Positions 8,301 to 18,091 of a stretch of DNA of 64,000 nt are shown here, in pieces. The position numbers and the translations under genes were made by a program. Positions within the stretch are counted from its first letter, which is position 1; every line of letters begins with the position of its first letter. The stretch is from a virus, in the IMG/VR virus record IMGVR_UViG_3300042323_000705, positions 1-64,000 of that record. One strand, given 5' to 3'. The notes under the pieces were generated by a model. That model was not told where the DNA came from. It did not search any database and worked only from the letters and a program-made list of their open reading frames with translations.

Positions 8301-10309
8301 CTAGTCTAGGTGCAACTATTATTGCAGCTATCGGCTCGGCTTTACTTGTTGCAATTACCTCTGTTCCTTTCATTGTGTTTACTGCTATTGGTTCTGTCAT
8401 TGCAGCTTCAATGGTTCAGTTTATGGCTAAAGGTCTAACAGGAAAAGGCATTATTGAAGGATTTATGCCAATTGGCTCTGAATGGATTGGCAAACTACTA
8501 GATGTTCTTGTTATGGGTATTCTTGCTGGTGCAGCTTTACTACTTGCAGGAGCTAGCTGGCCTATTGTAATTGCTGCAGCTATTGCCGCTGCAATTTGGC
8601 AAGCACTTCTTTCTTACAATGTTATAGACCAAGCAGCTGTAAATGCTTTCGTAGACTGGGTTTGGAGTTCTCTTGTTTCAGGGTTTAACTCTATTGCTAG
8701 TACTGGTAGAGAGATTTGGAATTATATTCTTAAGTTTGATGACATGAGCTGGACAGAAATCGGTGCAACAATTGCAAATGATATCTGGACAGGTTTAAAA
8801 AGTTTAGGTACTCAAATCAGTAACTGGTTTAAAAACTTATTTAGTTTAGAAAACAATAATAACTTCGATCCTAATACAGAGTTAGGTAGAGCTAACCTTA
8901 GAAGACAAATAAGAGAAGGTTCTGGCTTACCTGTAGGTCCTAGAGAAAACTTTGCTACAGGTGGTTTTGTATCCGGTCCTGGGACAGGTACTTCTGATTC
9001 TATTCCTGCGATGCTATCTAATGGCGAATTTGTAATTAACGCTAAAGCTAGTAAGAAGTTTGGGCCTTTATTAGCCTCTATCAATAAAGGAACTTATGGC
9101 CGATTTGCAGAAGGGTATACTCCTGGAGTTTCGCCTTCTTTTGAGGGTAGTGGTAGAACTTACGCAACTGCTCCAACAAATACACTAGAGGCGTTTATGT
9201 CTCTTTGGGACGGTAGCAAATCTAAAACTTTAGAAGAATTAATAGCCACACAAAAAGAAAGTAATTCTGAGACTAACAAAGAAATTTTAGCAAAAAGTGA
9301 AGCTAGTGATAAAACTTCAGAAGCTACAGATAAAATTAAGGAACTTAAAGAACAACTAAAGTCTATTGCTGAAAGTGCTATTGAGTTAACTACTATGAGC
9401 CCAGCTTATTTTGCTCAAGCGGGTTTAAGTGGTGCTGAGGCAATGCTACAATCTTTTAAAGATAACTTTAGTGGGCTACTTAAAGGTGAATTAAGTTTTA
9501 AAGATATGATTGGGGGATTGTTAGATACTTTTACTAATAATATTATTGATAATTTTGTTGGTGGTTTTACTAATGCTCTTTTTAATAAATTTGATCTAAC
9601 TTCTTTATTCGGAGGTTTATTTTCAAGCGCTGCAGGCACAGGCGCTCAAGCTGGCGGCGGAGTCTTAGCGCCTAATACTTCCGGGTTAATGCAAAACGGT
9701 ACTCCTGTTTTTGTTACTAATATGCCTATGAGTTCTGGAGCAGTTAGCCAAAATCCTTTAAGTGAAGGAGCAACTAATGGTGCTCAAGCAGGAGGAGGGT
9801 TCTTTAGTAGTCTCTTCTCAGGTATCCAAGGTTTCTTTGGAAACTTATTTGGTGGTATTGGTAACCTTTTCTCTGGCTTGTTTGGTAGTGGTGGCCTTGG
9901 TGGGTTATTTAGCCTATTTAGTGGTGGTAGCTTATTTGGTGGTTTTGCTACTGGCGGTTTTGTTTCAGGACCAGGAACAGCTACTTCAGATTCTATTATG
10001 GCTATGCTATCCAATGGTGAGTATGTAGTAAATGCTGCTACAACTAAACGTTGGTTGCCTTTCCTTGAAACACTAAATGCTAACAAAGGTCGTCTACCAG
10101 CTTTTGCTAATGGTGGACTAGTTGGACCGAGCAATCCTAGTGCTTTTAAAACACTACAAGAAAATAATAACAATAAGGACAAACAACAAGTGTTCAACAT
10201 TAATGTTTCAGGTGATGTCTCCATGCAAACTCGTAAAGAGATTGCCCGTATGATTCCGGAGATCACTGCTGGGGTCAATATGACTAATCGCGAGAGAGGA
10301 TCACGATAA
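5396..10309 (+). CDS. tail tape measure protein
   Basis: 1637 aa; N-terminal tape-measure domain (QL.QA.....EL.SL.EQAP), hydrophobic segments, FATGG.V.GPGT.TSDSI.AMLSNGE motifs. Confidence 0.92.
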   Translation: MTVYVDFEVRDAKVRSSVENINNSINRLTSSTIKTSSTMNRLGASDLSNINKQLASINKNISNMNTSTVNAVANMKTLAISAGAALTGIFAGSAFTRAGDSLTSINNRLSLIVGRGQELGRLRTELERISLTTKTSINSGAEVFGRIGLVLKERYPTEDLLAATEAIQLAAKIGGGAPESVDAALVQLSQAFAGNFQNAGAELTSLQEQAPKVALAIAEGLNIPYGELKKLAADGKLNSDIVLNALIAQLGSLREEANLVESTVSGSFNILSESFSKFFGEVNAGLGTNKRLTSWMESLADSMYYLSGYIREDVEDIVSYITNFVSEIYSSVTNFYNNFGKPIVDTFISVVTSVYSYTKGLWSRIADPVVEMLENIKQVIWDFGVWLIWNSVWKDIWEDVIAYTANLWSMTKQVFFNFVNNIKGVFERLRESISSIFTNIKETISKIDFNSLINKFKEFVGTITDIDFNQIFFLSVVGLATLFSTTLRGIVVDGIKKALLIASTLLLDFDFIRSIAINFANGLTSYLYENLVGESKKISNTAMSNIMESMFLEAESTNEKLIPKLSRSFGNLLNAIGVGIGGTLIPSLFTDMNQAEVENAVKRYASPIGTAVALGILTIMSETFRGAAASILKFIFNIGEEGMSKRINESIGNIGTFYKRAITSSLGLAAGYSIGGIISQQLELGEGSLLDTATKIGSSLGVTIFQDMVMGITEGAGRGSMGDYLRRAVLGTLVGFSIGSISSDLVVKPLIESISGASLSADSEQFIDIASGIVTGIAYFFGEPLANDTFEYLKTKGGELISSMTSGLNKGITGKTSKASLLRDIGISLGFGALSFGIAQNIIASSGMELSPIQEAGVYAGTLIAGEFLAMLTRSLIKKIPTAAIKNLGKNFIQVVKKLLGKSFGRGLLAGVLLGYFTTFSSSIEGELRALGEQILGIKIEAGSWTEAGIFFGSIIVLGLIGGLVSVITSLGATIIAAIGSALLVAITSVPFIVFTAIGSVIAASMVQFMAKGLTGKGIIEGFMPIGSEWIGKLLDVLVMGILAGAALLLAGASWPIVIAAAIAAAIWQALLSYNVIDQAAVNAFVDWVWSSLVSGFNSIASTGREIWNYILKFDDMSWTEIGATIANDIWTGLKSLGTQISNWFKNLFSLENNNNFDPNTELGRANLRRQIREGSGLPVGPRENFATGGFVSGPGTGTSDSIPAMLSNGEFVINAKASKKFGPLLASINKGTYGRFAEGYTPGVSPSFEGSGRTYATAPTNTLEAFMSLWDGSKSKTLEELIATQKESNSETNKEILAKSEASDKTSEATDKIKELKEQLKSIAESAIELTTMSPAYFAQAGLSGAEAMLQSFKDNFSGLLKGELSFKDMIGGLLDTFTNNIIDNFVGGFTNALFNKFDLTSLFGGLFSSAAGTGAQAGGGVLAPNTSGLMQNGTPVFVTNMPMSSGAVSQNPLSEGATNGAQAGGGFFSSLFSGIQGFFGNLFGGIGNLFSGLFGSGGLGGLFSLFSGGSLFGGFATGGFVSGPGTATSDSIMAMLSNGEYVVNAATTKRWLPFLETLNANKGRLPAFANGGLVGPSNPSAFKTLQENNNNKDKQQVFNINVSGDVSMQTRKEIARMIPEITAGVNMTNRERGSR

Positions 10310-10914
10310 TGACAGTTTATTATTTTGAGGGGAGCCCAATTGTGGCTCCTCTTACTATTGAATCTAATGAACCTGTATTTGTTGCAGATACAGTAAATCT
10401 TAAACAACAAAGGGCATCGCAAGGTGCCCAACGTTGGGAACTAAGCTTTCAAATTCAAACTAAAGATATAGAAGAAGATTACTTTGTTGGTATGGTAACA
10501 GGTATCAAAGATGCTAAGACTATGATTATGCCTCAGTTGCTTTCAGTTGATAAAAAAGTAACTGTAACTACTAACGGTTCGGCTAGTGCTACTTCTGCAG
10601 GAGCTGACTCTGTTCTTATTAATTTTTCTCAAGCATCTAGACTTTTACCTAAAGGGTCTTTTATTAAATTTGCTAGTCATAGTAAAATTTATACAGTTAC
10701 TGCAAACGTAACTACTCAAACAACTGTTGTTTCTGTGCCTATTTATCCATCTTTACGTCAAAGTATTTCTAGCTCAACTGTAGTTCACCATCCAGGCTCA
10801 ACTACAAAACCTGTTTTACAATACTACCGCGATTTAGAAACACTGCAAGGCATTATTTATGAAGACGGTGTACTTGTAAATCCTGGAACTATTAAGCTAT
10901 TAGAGGCATTTTAA
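10309..10914 (+). CDS. distal tail protein
   Basis: Directly after tape measure gene; QRWEL...G.FIKF..H.K.Y pattern. Confidence 0.6.
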   Translation: MTVYYFEGSPIVAPLTIESNEPVFVADTVNLKQQRASQGAQRWELSFQIQTKDIEEDYFVGMVTGIKDAKTMIMPQLLSVDKKVTVTTNGSASATSAGADSVLINFSQASRLLPKGSFIKFASHSKIYTVTANVTTQTTVVSVPIYPSLRQSISSSTVVHHPGSTTKPVLQYYRDLETLQGIIYEDGVLVNPGTIKLLEAF

Positions 10915-10915
10915 A

Positions 10916-11482
10916 ATGAGAACGCTAAGCGCAGCAGCATTAGCTGCAATAAATTTACCTAATCCAAAATTTGTATTATTTGCAAAAATTGTGCTAAAAA
11001 GCACTACACTCTTAGTAACTAGTAACTCTTTTAATCATGATTTTAATGAAGAAACTTATTTAAGTAATAACTCTTTAGTTAGTTTTGGACCTCCAAGAAT
11101 TTCAAGCTCAGTTGATCGTGAAGTATATGAGTTAATTTTCCTTGATCACGATAATTTAATTCAACAAGAATTAAGGCTTGGTATTACTGGGAAAAAAGTT
11201 ACTGTCTATGCTGCTTTTTACAATAGCTCAAATGTTTTACTTAACTCAGTAAACGATGTTTTAATTGCCTATGAAGGTTTAATTGATAGTGGTAAAGTAG
11301 TTAATGATGGTTCAGTTAAGCAAGCTATCATATCAGTAGCTTCGCCAATGGCTACTTTAGATTCTATTGGTGGCTACATCGTATCAAGAGATGGTATGGA
11401 TCAAGTTAGCTCTACAGATACTTCTTTTGATGAAGTTTATGCTGGTGGCGACACTGTTAATCTTAAGTGGGGAAAAGACTAA
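10916..11482 (+). CDS. minor tail/hub protein
   Basis: Synteny; Y.G.ID...S...D..F......L.WG C-terminal pattern of tail-tip proteins. Confidence 0.6.
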   Translation: MRTLSAAALAAINLPNPKFVLFAKIVLKSTTLLVTSNSFNHDFNEETYLSNNSLVSFGPPRISSSVDREVYELIFLDHDNLIQQELRLGITGKKVTVYAAFYNSSNVLLNSVNDVLIAYEGLIDSGKVVNDGSVKQAIISVASPMATLDSIGGYIVSRDGMDQVSSTDTSFDEVYAGGDTVNLKWGKD

Positions 11483-14400
11483 TGGCATTTTTTACAGCAT
11501 TTTTTACCACAGTAGTAGGCTTATCAGCAGCTGCTGCTGCTACTGCAGTTTCGTTAACCCTTACGGTAGCTTCAATAGCATATCAACAGTCTCGTATGAG
11601 AAAGCTTAGAAATGAGCTAGATAAGCGAAAGCAAGTTAACGTAGCTATAGATGGCGAACCTTTTTACTTGCCAATTGTTTACGGTAAAGCTAAAGTTTCA
11701 GGTGGTAAGGTTTATCATAAACTAAAAGATAGCTATACACATCCAACATCCATTAATGCTAATCAAACTTTTTTAAATGGATTGACATCTAGTCGAACAG
11801 GTTCTAAAAATGAATACCTTTTTGTTCAGCAAGCTATCTGTTATGGCGGTATTAACAATGTAGTTGACATTACTGTTGACGATAAAAATTGGGATGAAGA
11901 AACCTTAGCGTACGGGCAAAGAATTCATGTGTTTAAGGATGGTGGCGTAGCTGATACTATGGCAACCGCTAATGCAATTCCTTCAACTAACCGGTTTACA
12001 AATACTGCTTACGCTTCTATGATTTTTAGATTAAACAGAGAAGAGTATAACTACAATAGCTCACCTAATGTATCTTTCTTTATTGAAGGGCAAAAAGTTT
12101 ATGATATTGTAAATACTAGTGGTGTGTATTCTCTTTCTACTACTAAAAGTTTTACAGAAAATCCTGCTAGAATTCTTTTAGATTATCTTACAAATAACGT
12201 TTATGGAAAAGGGTTATCTCTTTCATCTATTGACTTAGCTTCTTTTTACAAAGCAAAAGTTATTTGTGATAGAATAGTTTCTACTAATGTTATACAAGAT
12301 GGGCGTATTAATGGACGTAGACCTGATGTTGAAAATGAAGATGGCACTATTACAACTCAACCTCAGTTACCTAATACTTCTATAAAATTGTATGAGTGTA
12401 ATATTGTTCTTGACTCAGAAAGACCTTTACGAGAAAATATTGAGATTATTTTAGAGTCTATGGAAGAGGCAGAACTAATTTGGTCAGGCGGTAAATACAA
12501 GTTAATGCTTGATGCCCCTATTGATTTAGCTGAGCAAGATGCATTAGTTGTAGCTACTTTTACAGAGGAAGACATTATCCGTGGAGGAATGGAGTTAGAG
12601 TTCCCTGACTCTTCTACACGTTACAACCAGTGCGTAGCTCGCTTTATGAGTGAATTTGAAAACTTTGTAGATGACACAGTTACTTGGCCAACTAGTTACT
12701 CTGCTCCTTACAATACTTACTTAACTGAAGATAGCGGAATTCTTTTAAAAACTGAAATTTATTTACCTTGCACTTCTGATCCTTATCATGCTTTAGCTAA
12801 AGCAGAGCAAATCGTCAGAACTTCTAGAAGAGAAATGAGAGCTAAATTTACAGCTTCTAAAAAGGGTTTGCTACTAGAACCTGGTGATATTATTAAGGTT
12901 ACTGATAGCACTAGTGGTTTGCTTAATGAAACTATGAAAGTTGATTCTGTCAAAACTAATGCAGATTTAACGGTAAATATTGAAGCTAGACAGTATAGTT
13001 TTGAAAATTTTGCTTGGAACGTTCCAGATAACATTCCGTATGCTTCTGTAAAAACAGATTACTACTATCCTGTTGTAAAACCAACTAACGTGCTGTTTAC
13101 CCCAGACAACCCTAATGGTGTTTTTGGAGTTAGCTCAGGAAAAATAACTTGGAATTATCCTAATACAGTTTCTGTAAACGGCTTTTTAGTAGAGGTTTCT
13201 TCAGACAATGGAGTTACTTGGCAAGCCTTAACTACTACTTTAACTAACAGTTATGATGTTGTTGGTTTAAATAACGGGGTTTACAAGTTTTCTGTACGTT
13301 CTTTAAATAACTTAAATAAGTATTCTGCTAGAGTTTTAGCTAAAGATGCTGCAACTCAATTAGTAGAATCTTTTACTATTCAAAAAGCAGCTGTTGATCA
13401 AGTAGCAGTTATTTATGCAAATAATGACAATATTGCAACTAACACTCAAACGTACTCTTTAGGCTTGAATGAGTATGTAGCTTACTATGTTTACTCAGGA
13501 GACTTACCAACACTACCTATCAGAACTGGAATTACTTTTGCTAGATTTATAGGTGCAGATGGTTTACCCGGTGTTAATGGTATTGATGGCACATCAGGTA
13601 CTAGTGTTGCACAACTACAGATTTACAAACGCTCTGCTACCGCTTTACCTACACCTACTGGTGGCTCTTTTAGTTTTGATACAGGAGTATTAACTCCTCC
13701 TAGTGGTTGGTCAGCTACACCTCCCGCTGGTACAGATCCTTTGTATTCCTGCTTAGCTACTGCATCTATTGTAGGCACTACTGGAACAGATACTAGTTTA
13801 ACTTGGTCTTCTCCTACTATAGTTGTTCAAAATGGTTCTGCTGGTAAATCAGTTTATACTGCTATTGTCTTTAAACGCTCTACTACAGTACCTACTGCAC
13901 CTACAGATGGATCTTTTAATTTTGGAACTAACGTTTTAACACCCCCTGTAGGCTGGTCTTTAGATGTACCTACAGGTACAGACCCTGTTTATGCAGTTAG
14001 GTTTGTGTTTTCTATTATTGGAGATTCTGGTTTACAAAATGTTAGTCCTGCTTGGTCAACGCCTTTTATATTTGTTCAAGATGGCACTGATGGGGCTACA
14101 GGAGCTCCTGGTTCAAACGGTATCAGCACTTACCAGCTAAGTGTTTTTAGACGTTCTGCTGCAGCACCTGCTGTCCCTACTGGAGGATCTTACAACTTTG
14201 GAACTCAGCTAGTAACAGCACCTTCTGGTTGGAGTGCTACTGTGCCTACAGGTACAGATCCTGTTTACGTTTCTACTGCTTTAGCTTCTGTTCAAGGCAC
14301 AACTGGTTTAGACGATACACTAACTTGGTCTACTCCGGCTATACTTGCTCAAAATGGAACTCCAGGAGCAGATGGTGAAGACGCTTGGCCAGCAACAGGT

Positions 14401-15231
14401 AATGCTGTTGGAGGTTACAACGACTTGCAGTCTAACGCTGCATCACTAGATACTGATGTAGAATACCGATTAATTTCCTCAGGTGTTACAAGTACAAATA
14501 ACTTAGCAATTACTACTGTATTACACATTGGCTATGCAAATGCTGATAATAATGTTCAGCAAAAGTTATCAACAGTTGTTGTTGGAGACTACGTTACCGT
14601 AACAGCTGTTTATGGAACAACAATTGTTAAGTTTGCTTATATCATAACTAGCGTAGCTAAACGTTCAAACTATACCTTTAACGCTATTGCTGGACAATAT
14701 TTTTATGAGTTTGGTGTTACTTTAATAAAGTCTAACGCTGCAAGTTCAGCTATTGACTACACAACTGGTGGAAGTACTGCTACTTTTGATTTTTCTAGAG
14801 CCGTTGGAACTAGAGGTGCAGGCTGGTGGCGTTATGACGCTGGGGCAGCAGACTTGTCGGGAGTAGACACTACTGCAGAAGTAAACGTGTATTGGGATGC
14901 ACTTCATACCCCAGATATTGATCCTGTAAAAGATGATCGTTTTGTTATTGCTACTACACATGTTAGCGGTACTAAAGCTTTTATATTTAACGGCACAGAC
15001 TGGGTAACACAAGCAGCCTTTGTAGATGGAAATCTTCTTGTAGCAGGTACTGTAACAGCTAACGCTTTAGCTGCAAACTCTGTTACTACAAACTCTATCT
15101 ATGTTGGTCCAACAGAGGGTCTAAGTGATTTAACTTCAAATGCTGGTACAATTACAGCGGGGGTTTTAAGAAATAGCTCTGGTACTTTCGTTATCAACTT
15201 AACAGCTGGAACTATTACAATTTCAGTATAA
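11482..15231 (+). CDS. central tail fibre / host-specificity protein (gpJ-like)
   Basis: LPIVYG, NPA.ILLDYL, LEPGD motifs, FN3-like segment, collagen-like GxxG stretches; ATG11482 overlaps upstream TAA. Confidence 0.85.
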   Translation: MAFFTAFFTTVVGLSAAAAATAVSLTLTVASIAYQQSRMRKLRNELDKRKQVNVAIDGEPFYLPIVYGKAKVSGGKVYHKLKDSYTHPTSINANQTFLNGLTSSRTGSKNEYLFVQQAICYGGINNVVDITVDDKNWDEETLAYGQRIHVFKDGGVADTMATANAIPSTNRFTNTAYASMIFRLNREEYNYNSSPNVSFFIEGQKVYDIVNTSGVYSLSTTKSFTENPARILLDYLTNNVYGKGLSLSSIDLASFYKAKVICDRIVSTNVIQDGRINGRRPDVENEDGTITTQPQLPNTSIKLYECNIVLDSERPLRENIEIILESMEEAELIWSGGKYKLMLDAPIDLAEQDALVVATFTEEDIIRGGMELEFPDSSTRYNQCVARFMSEFENFVDDTVTWPTSYSAPYNTYLTEDSGILLKTEIYLPCTSDPYHALAKAEQIVRTSRREMRAKFTASKKGLLLEPGDIIKVTDSTSGLLNETMKVDSVKTNADLTVNIEARQYSFENFAWNVPDNIPYASVKTDYYYPVVKPTNVLFTPDNPNGVFGVSSGKITWNYPNTVSVNGFLVEVSSDNGVTWQALTTTLTNSYDVVGLNNGVYKFSVRSLNNLNKYSARVLAKDAATQLVESFTIQKAAVDQVAVIYANNDNIATNTQTYSLGLNEYVAYYVYSGDLPTLPIRTGITFARFIGADGLPGVNGIDGTSGTSVAQLQIYKRSATALPTPTGGSFSFDTGVLTPPSGWSATPPAGTDPLYSCLATASIVGTTGTDTSLTWSSPTIVVQNGSAGKSVYTAIVFKRSTTVPTAPTDGSFNFGTNVLTPPVGWSLDVPTGTDPVYAVRFVFSIIGDSGLQNVSPAWSTPFIFVQDGTDGATGAPGSNGISTYQLSVFRRSAAAPAVPTGGSYNFGTQLVTAPSGWSATVPTGTDPVYVSTALASVQGTTGLDDTLTWSTPAILAQNGTPGADGEDAWPATGNAVGGYNDLQSNAASLDTDVEYRLISSGVTSTNNLAITTVLHIGYANADNNVQQKLSTVVVGDYVTVTAVYGTTIVKFAYIITSVAKRSNYTFNAIAGQYFYEFGVTLIKSNAASSAIDYTTGGSTATFDFSRAVGTRGAGWWRYDAGAADLSGVDTTAEVNVYWDALHTPDIDPVKDDRFVIATTHVSGTKAFIFNGTDWVTQAAFVDGNLLVAGTVTANALAANSVTTNSIYVGPTEGLSDLTSNAGTITAGVLRNSSGTFVINLTAGTITISV

Positions 15232-15243
15232 GGAATACTATAT

Positions 15244-15771
15244 ATGTATGAAATATTTTTAAATAAGATAGGTAAAAAATTTAATGTAGTTAATGGCGAG
15301 TTTGTAGAAGACAGTGATGGAATACTTACTGTCTCTACTTCTCCTTTTAATAATAGTATTTATTTAAACACGCTAAACAATACTTGGCTTGTAGTATCAG
15401 ACCTCTTAATTGGTATTCCTTACAGAATAGCTAGAGATGATTGTGCTACACTTTGCGCTAGATACTTGGATAAACACTTTGGGTCTAAAATAGAAGAAAA
15501 GCTTTTTTCCCTTACTTTAAAAGAATGGACAAACTACATTAAACTTGGTGGTGAAACTCTTATTAAAGAAGTAGGAGGCTACGAAGTAAACTTATCACAA
15601 CTAAAAGAAAAAGACGTAGTTTCTTATGAAATTGAAGATTCAAGAATTACGTCTCATCTTGCCGTTTATTTAGGAAACAACAAAATACTACATCATGTAC
15701 CTAACAAGTACTCTAGTATTGACGATATAGACATGTCAAAAGTAAAAAGGGTTTTTAGATATGGCAACTAG
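15244..15771 (+). CDS. NlpC/P60 tail-associated peptidase (gpK-like)
   Basis: DDCATL (Cys) and SHLAVYLG..KILHH (His) motifs. Confidence 0.75.
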   Translation: MYEIFLNKIGKKFNVVNGEFVEDSDGILTVSTSPFNNSIYLNTLNNTWLVVSDLLIGIPYRIARDDCATLCARYLDKHFGSKIEEKLFSLTLKEWTNYIKLGGETLIKEVGGYEVNLSQLKEKDVVSYEIEDSRITSHLAVYLGNNKILHHVPNKYSSIDDIDMSKVKRVFRYGN

Positions 15772-16288
15772 TACATTTTACGCAGATAAAGATACTGGAG
15801 CAGTAATGATATCAAACATTACTGCAGGGTCTCCTACCTATGCTCAAATCCTTGCTAGCCCACAAACATACTTGTCTTACATAAGATTCCATTCTAGTTT
15901 AAACTTTTTAACTATTAAAGGTGCAGTATCAGCGGCTTCAGTTACTTTTCCCGCATTTATTAGAGATACTTACACGGTAAGTCGCGATGGAGGCTGTCTT
16001 AACAGCGACGATTATTACACTACTATTGCACCTACAACAAAAATTCAAAGTGTAACAATTGGCACTTCACCTATTATTAACCCGGCATTTTGTCTGTTAG
16101 AGTATGCAGGAGAAATCTATGCAGATTTTTATGATGGCCTAACTACAGCAAGTGTAGATAGAAGAGTTTTTCCAGTGTATAACTCTGCAGACAATACTAT
16201 CAGGCTTCTTGCAGTAACTACTGCTGTATCTGCTGACGCAACTTCTCAAACACTAACTTCAGTTAAGGTTCATGTTGTAAATGGATAA
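15761..16288 (+). CDS. tail-tip associated protein
   Basis: Beta-rich composition, coupled to neighbours. Confidence 0.55.
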   Translation: MATSTFYADKDTGAVMISNITAGSPTYAQILASPQTYLSYIRFHSSLNFLTIKGAVSAASVTFPAFIRDTYTVSRDGGCLNSDDYYTTIAPTTKIQSVTIGTSPIINPAFCLLEYAGEIYADFYDGLTTASVDRRVFPVYNSADNTIRLLAVTTAVSADATSQTLTSVKVHVVNG

Positions 16289-16967
16289 GGTATTTATTAA
16301 CTCTAGCAAAATTGAATGCAAAGATAATAGCGGAAATATTACTTTTAGTTCTAACTTTAATTATTTAAAAACTAATTCCGCTTCAAAAACAGAAATATCG
16401 GGTATTGCACTTACAAGAGTCCCACAAGGAGTTTCTACTGACTCTCAAGGTTTTGTTTCTTCAAAACAAGTTGGTAATATGAATTTTATATCTGCAACAC
16501 CTAACAGCGGTGCACTTTTGGTTTTAAATCAAAGCATGAGTATTCAATTTTATTTTTCTAACTTTCACCCTGTGTCTATAATGGGTTTTATTGGTAACAA
16601 ACAAATTCTTCCTCAGTTTCAAACTGACCAGTCGATAAGCAGTACAAAGCATGCGCTTATTCAACAGTTTGTTAATGGTTCTTGGGTAACCAGGTATGAA
16701 AGCTTGTTAAACTCATTCTCTAGTTATTTTGCACCACAAGGAACACCACAGGCTTTTAATAGATTTTTTTATGTCCCTGATTGGGATAATGTTGCAATTA
16801 TAAACAACTTAATTTCAACGCATGGTGGTGGAAACTACAGATTTTTTATAAATAGTAATTGGAATGTAGGCATGACTCCAGCTAATACTACTTATTTAGA
16901 GTTTGCTATGGCAAATTATCAACAAAGTGGCGGAGCTAGACTTATTAATGCAGAGATTACACCATGA
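16281..16967 (+). CDS. tail-tip / receptor-binding candidate
   Basis: N-terminus resembles that of the next gene. Confidence 0.5.
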   Translation: MDKVFINSSKIECKDNSGNITFSSNFNYLKTNSASKTEISGIALTRVPQGVSTDSQGFVSSKQVGNMNFISATPNSGALLVLNQSMSIQFYFSNFHPVSIMGFIGNKQILPQFQTDQSISSTKHALIQQFVNGSWVTRYESLLNSFSSYFAPQGTPQAFNRFFYVPDWDNVAIINNLISTHGGGNYRFFINSNWNVGMTPANTTYLEFAMANYQQSGGARLINAEITP

Positions 16968-17458
16968 GCCTTAAAATTGATTCTAGCAAAATTTATATTC
17001 AAAACTCAAGTGGAGTCACTAAGTTTGATAGCTCTAATGGATTACTTTATCGTGCAGCTTACTTATCAGGAAGTCAAACATTTTCAGGAGCTACTAACTA
17101 CAACATTTCTCCACATGGTCTTAGCTATAACCCTAATACCGATATTATAGTAGGAAGCTACAAGATTACTGCATGCAGCGGTAACTTAGCCAGCGGCTTT
17201 CTTAATCTTCAACTACCTAGCTCTGTGCCTATTTGTTTACATGTAGAAAATGTAGCAGCAGTCCGTTCTTATGGCCAACTAGACTCAAGGCCAAATATTT
17301 TAAGCATGATGGTAGACACAACTAATATTATGCTGCAATTTAGGAAAATTGGTTCACGAAGTCCAATAACTAATGCTAATTTCGGAGCTCCAACTTTAAA
17401 CCCTGATGTTTCTGTATCATTCACTTGGCAAATATCTTTATATAAAAGGACATATTAA
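16964..17458 (+). CDS. tail-tip / receptor-binding candidate
   Basis: IDSSKIYIQNSSG.TKF.S resembles INSSKIECKDNSG.ITF.S of the previous gene. Confidence 0.5.
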   Translation: MSLKIDSSKIYIQNSSGVTKFDSSNGLLYRAAYLSGSQTFSGATNYNISPHGLSYNPNTDIIVGSYKITACSGNLASGFLNLQLPSSVPICLHVENVAAVRSYGQLDSRPNILSMMVDTTNIMLQFRKIGSRSPITNANFGAPTLNPDVSVSFTWQISLYKRTY

Positions 17459-17685
17459 TGGATATGACAAATAAAACTATTAAAATTAATCACTTAAGTG
17501 TTGATTTTATAAAAGAAAAAACTATCTGCGATGTTTCTGTATACCAAGTTATTTCAGAAGGTATTCACAAAAAAGTTTTAGATCTTAGCTTAGAGGTTAG
17601 TTCTAGCTTTCAAGATGCAAATGATGACAGACTCACACTTAAAATTTTAGAAATTATCGGAGGATTAGATGTACCAATTGGGTAA
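17458..17685 (+). CDS. hypothetical protein
   Basis: TAATG coupling. Confidence 0.55.
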   Translation: MDMTNKTIKINHLSVDFIKEKTICDVSVYQVISEGIHKKVLDLSLEVSSSFQDANDDRLTLKILEIIGGLDVPIG

Positions 17686-18091
17686 TAAATCTAAAGACAA
17701 ACTAAAAGGTGTTCACCCTACTCTAGTACGAGTCATCGAGAGAGCTATCGAGTTATCCTCTCAAGACTTTATGGTGTTAGAAGGGTTACGTACTCCTGAA
17801 CGTCAAGCAGAGCTGTACGCTCAAGGGCGTACTAAGCCAGGCCAAGTAGTTACTTGGACATTAAAATCAAGACATTTTGTTCAAGCAGATGGTTGGGGTC
17901 ATGCAGTAGATATTGCTCCGTATCCTCTTGATTGGAATGATTTGTCAAAGTTTGAAGCTATTGCCGATGCAATGTTTCAGGCTTCTAAAGAACTAGGTAC
18001 TCCGATTCGTTGGGGTGCTGACTGGGACCAAGATGGTCGTCCTCGTGAAAAAGGCGAAACAGATAGTCCCCATTTCGAGCTAGTAGTGTAA
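17669..18091 (+). CDS. endolysin, M15 family L-Ala-D-Glu peptidase
   Basis: EGLRT.ERQ..LY, SRH, GHAVD, RWG.DW, DSPHFE motifs. Confidence 0.9.
   Translation: MYQLGNKSKDKLKGVHPTLVRVIERAIELSSQDFMVLEGLRTPERQAELYAQGRTKPGQVVTWTLKSRHFVQADGWGHAVDIAPYPLDWNDLSKFEAIADAMFQASKELGTPIRWGADWDQDGRPREKGETDSPHFELVV

Noticed and set aside
5404-15012. Antisense and off-frame ORFs inside tape measure and tail genes (e.g. 9784-10431, 6970-7347)
   Set aside because: Shadow ORFs of strongly coding genes; no SD or recognisable motifs
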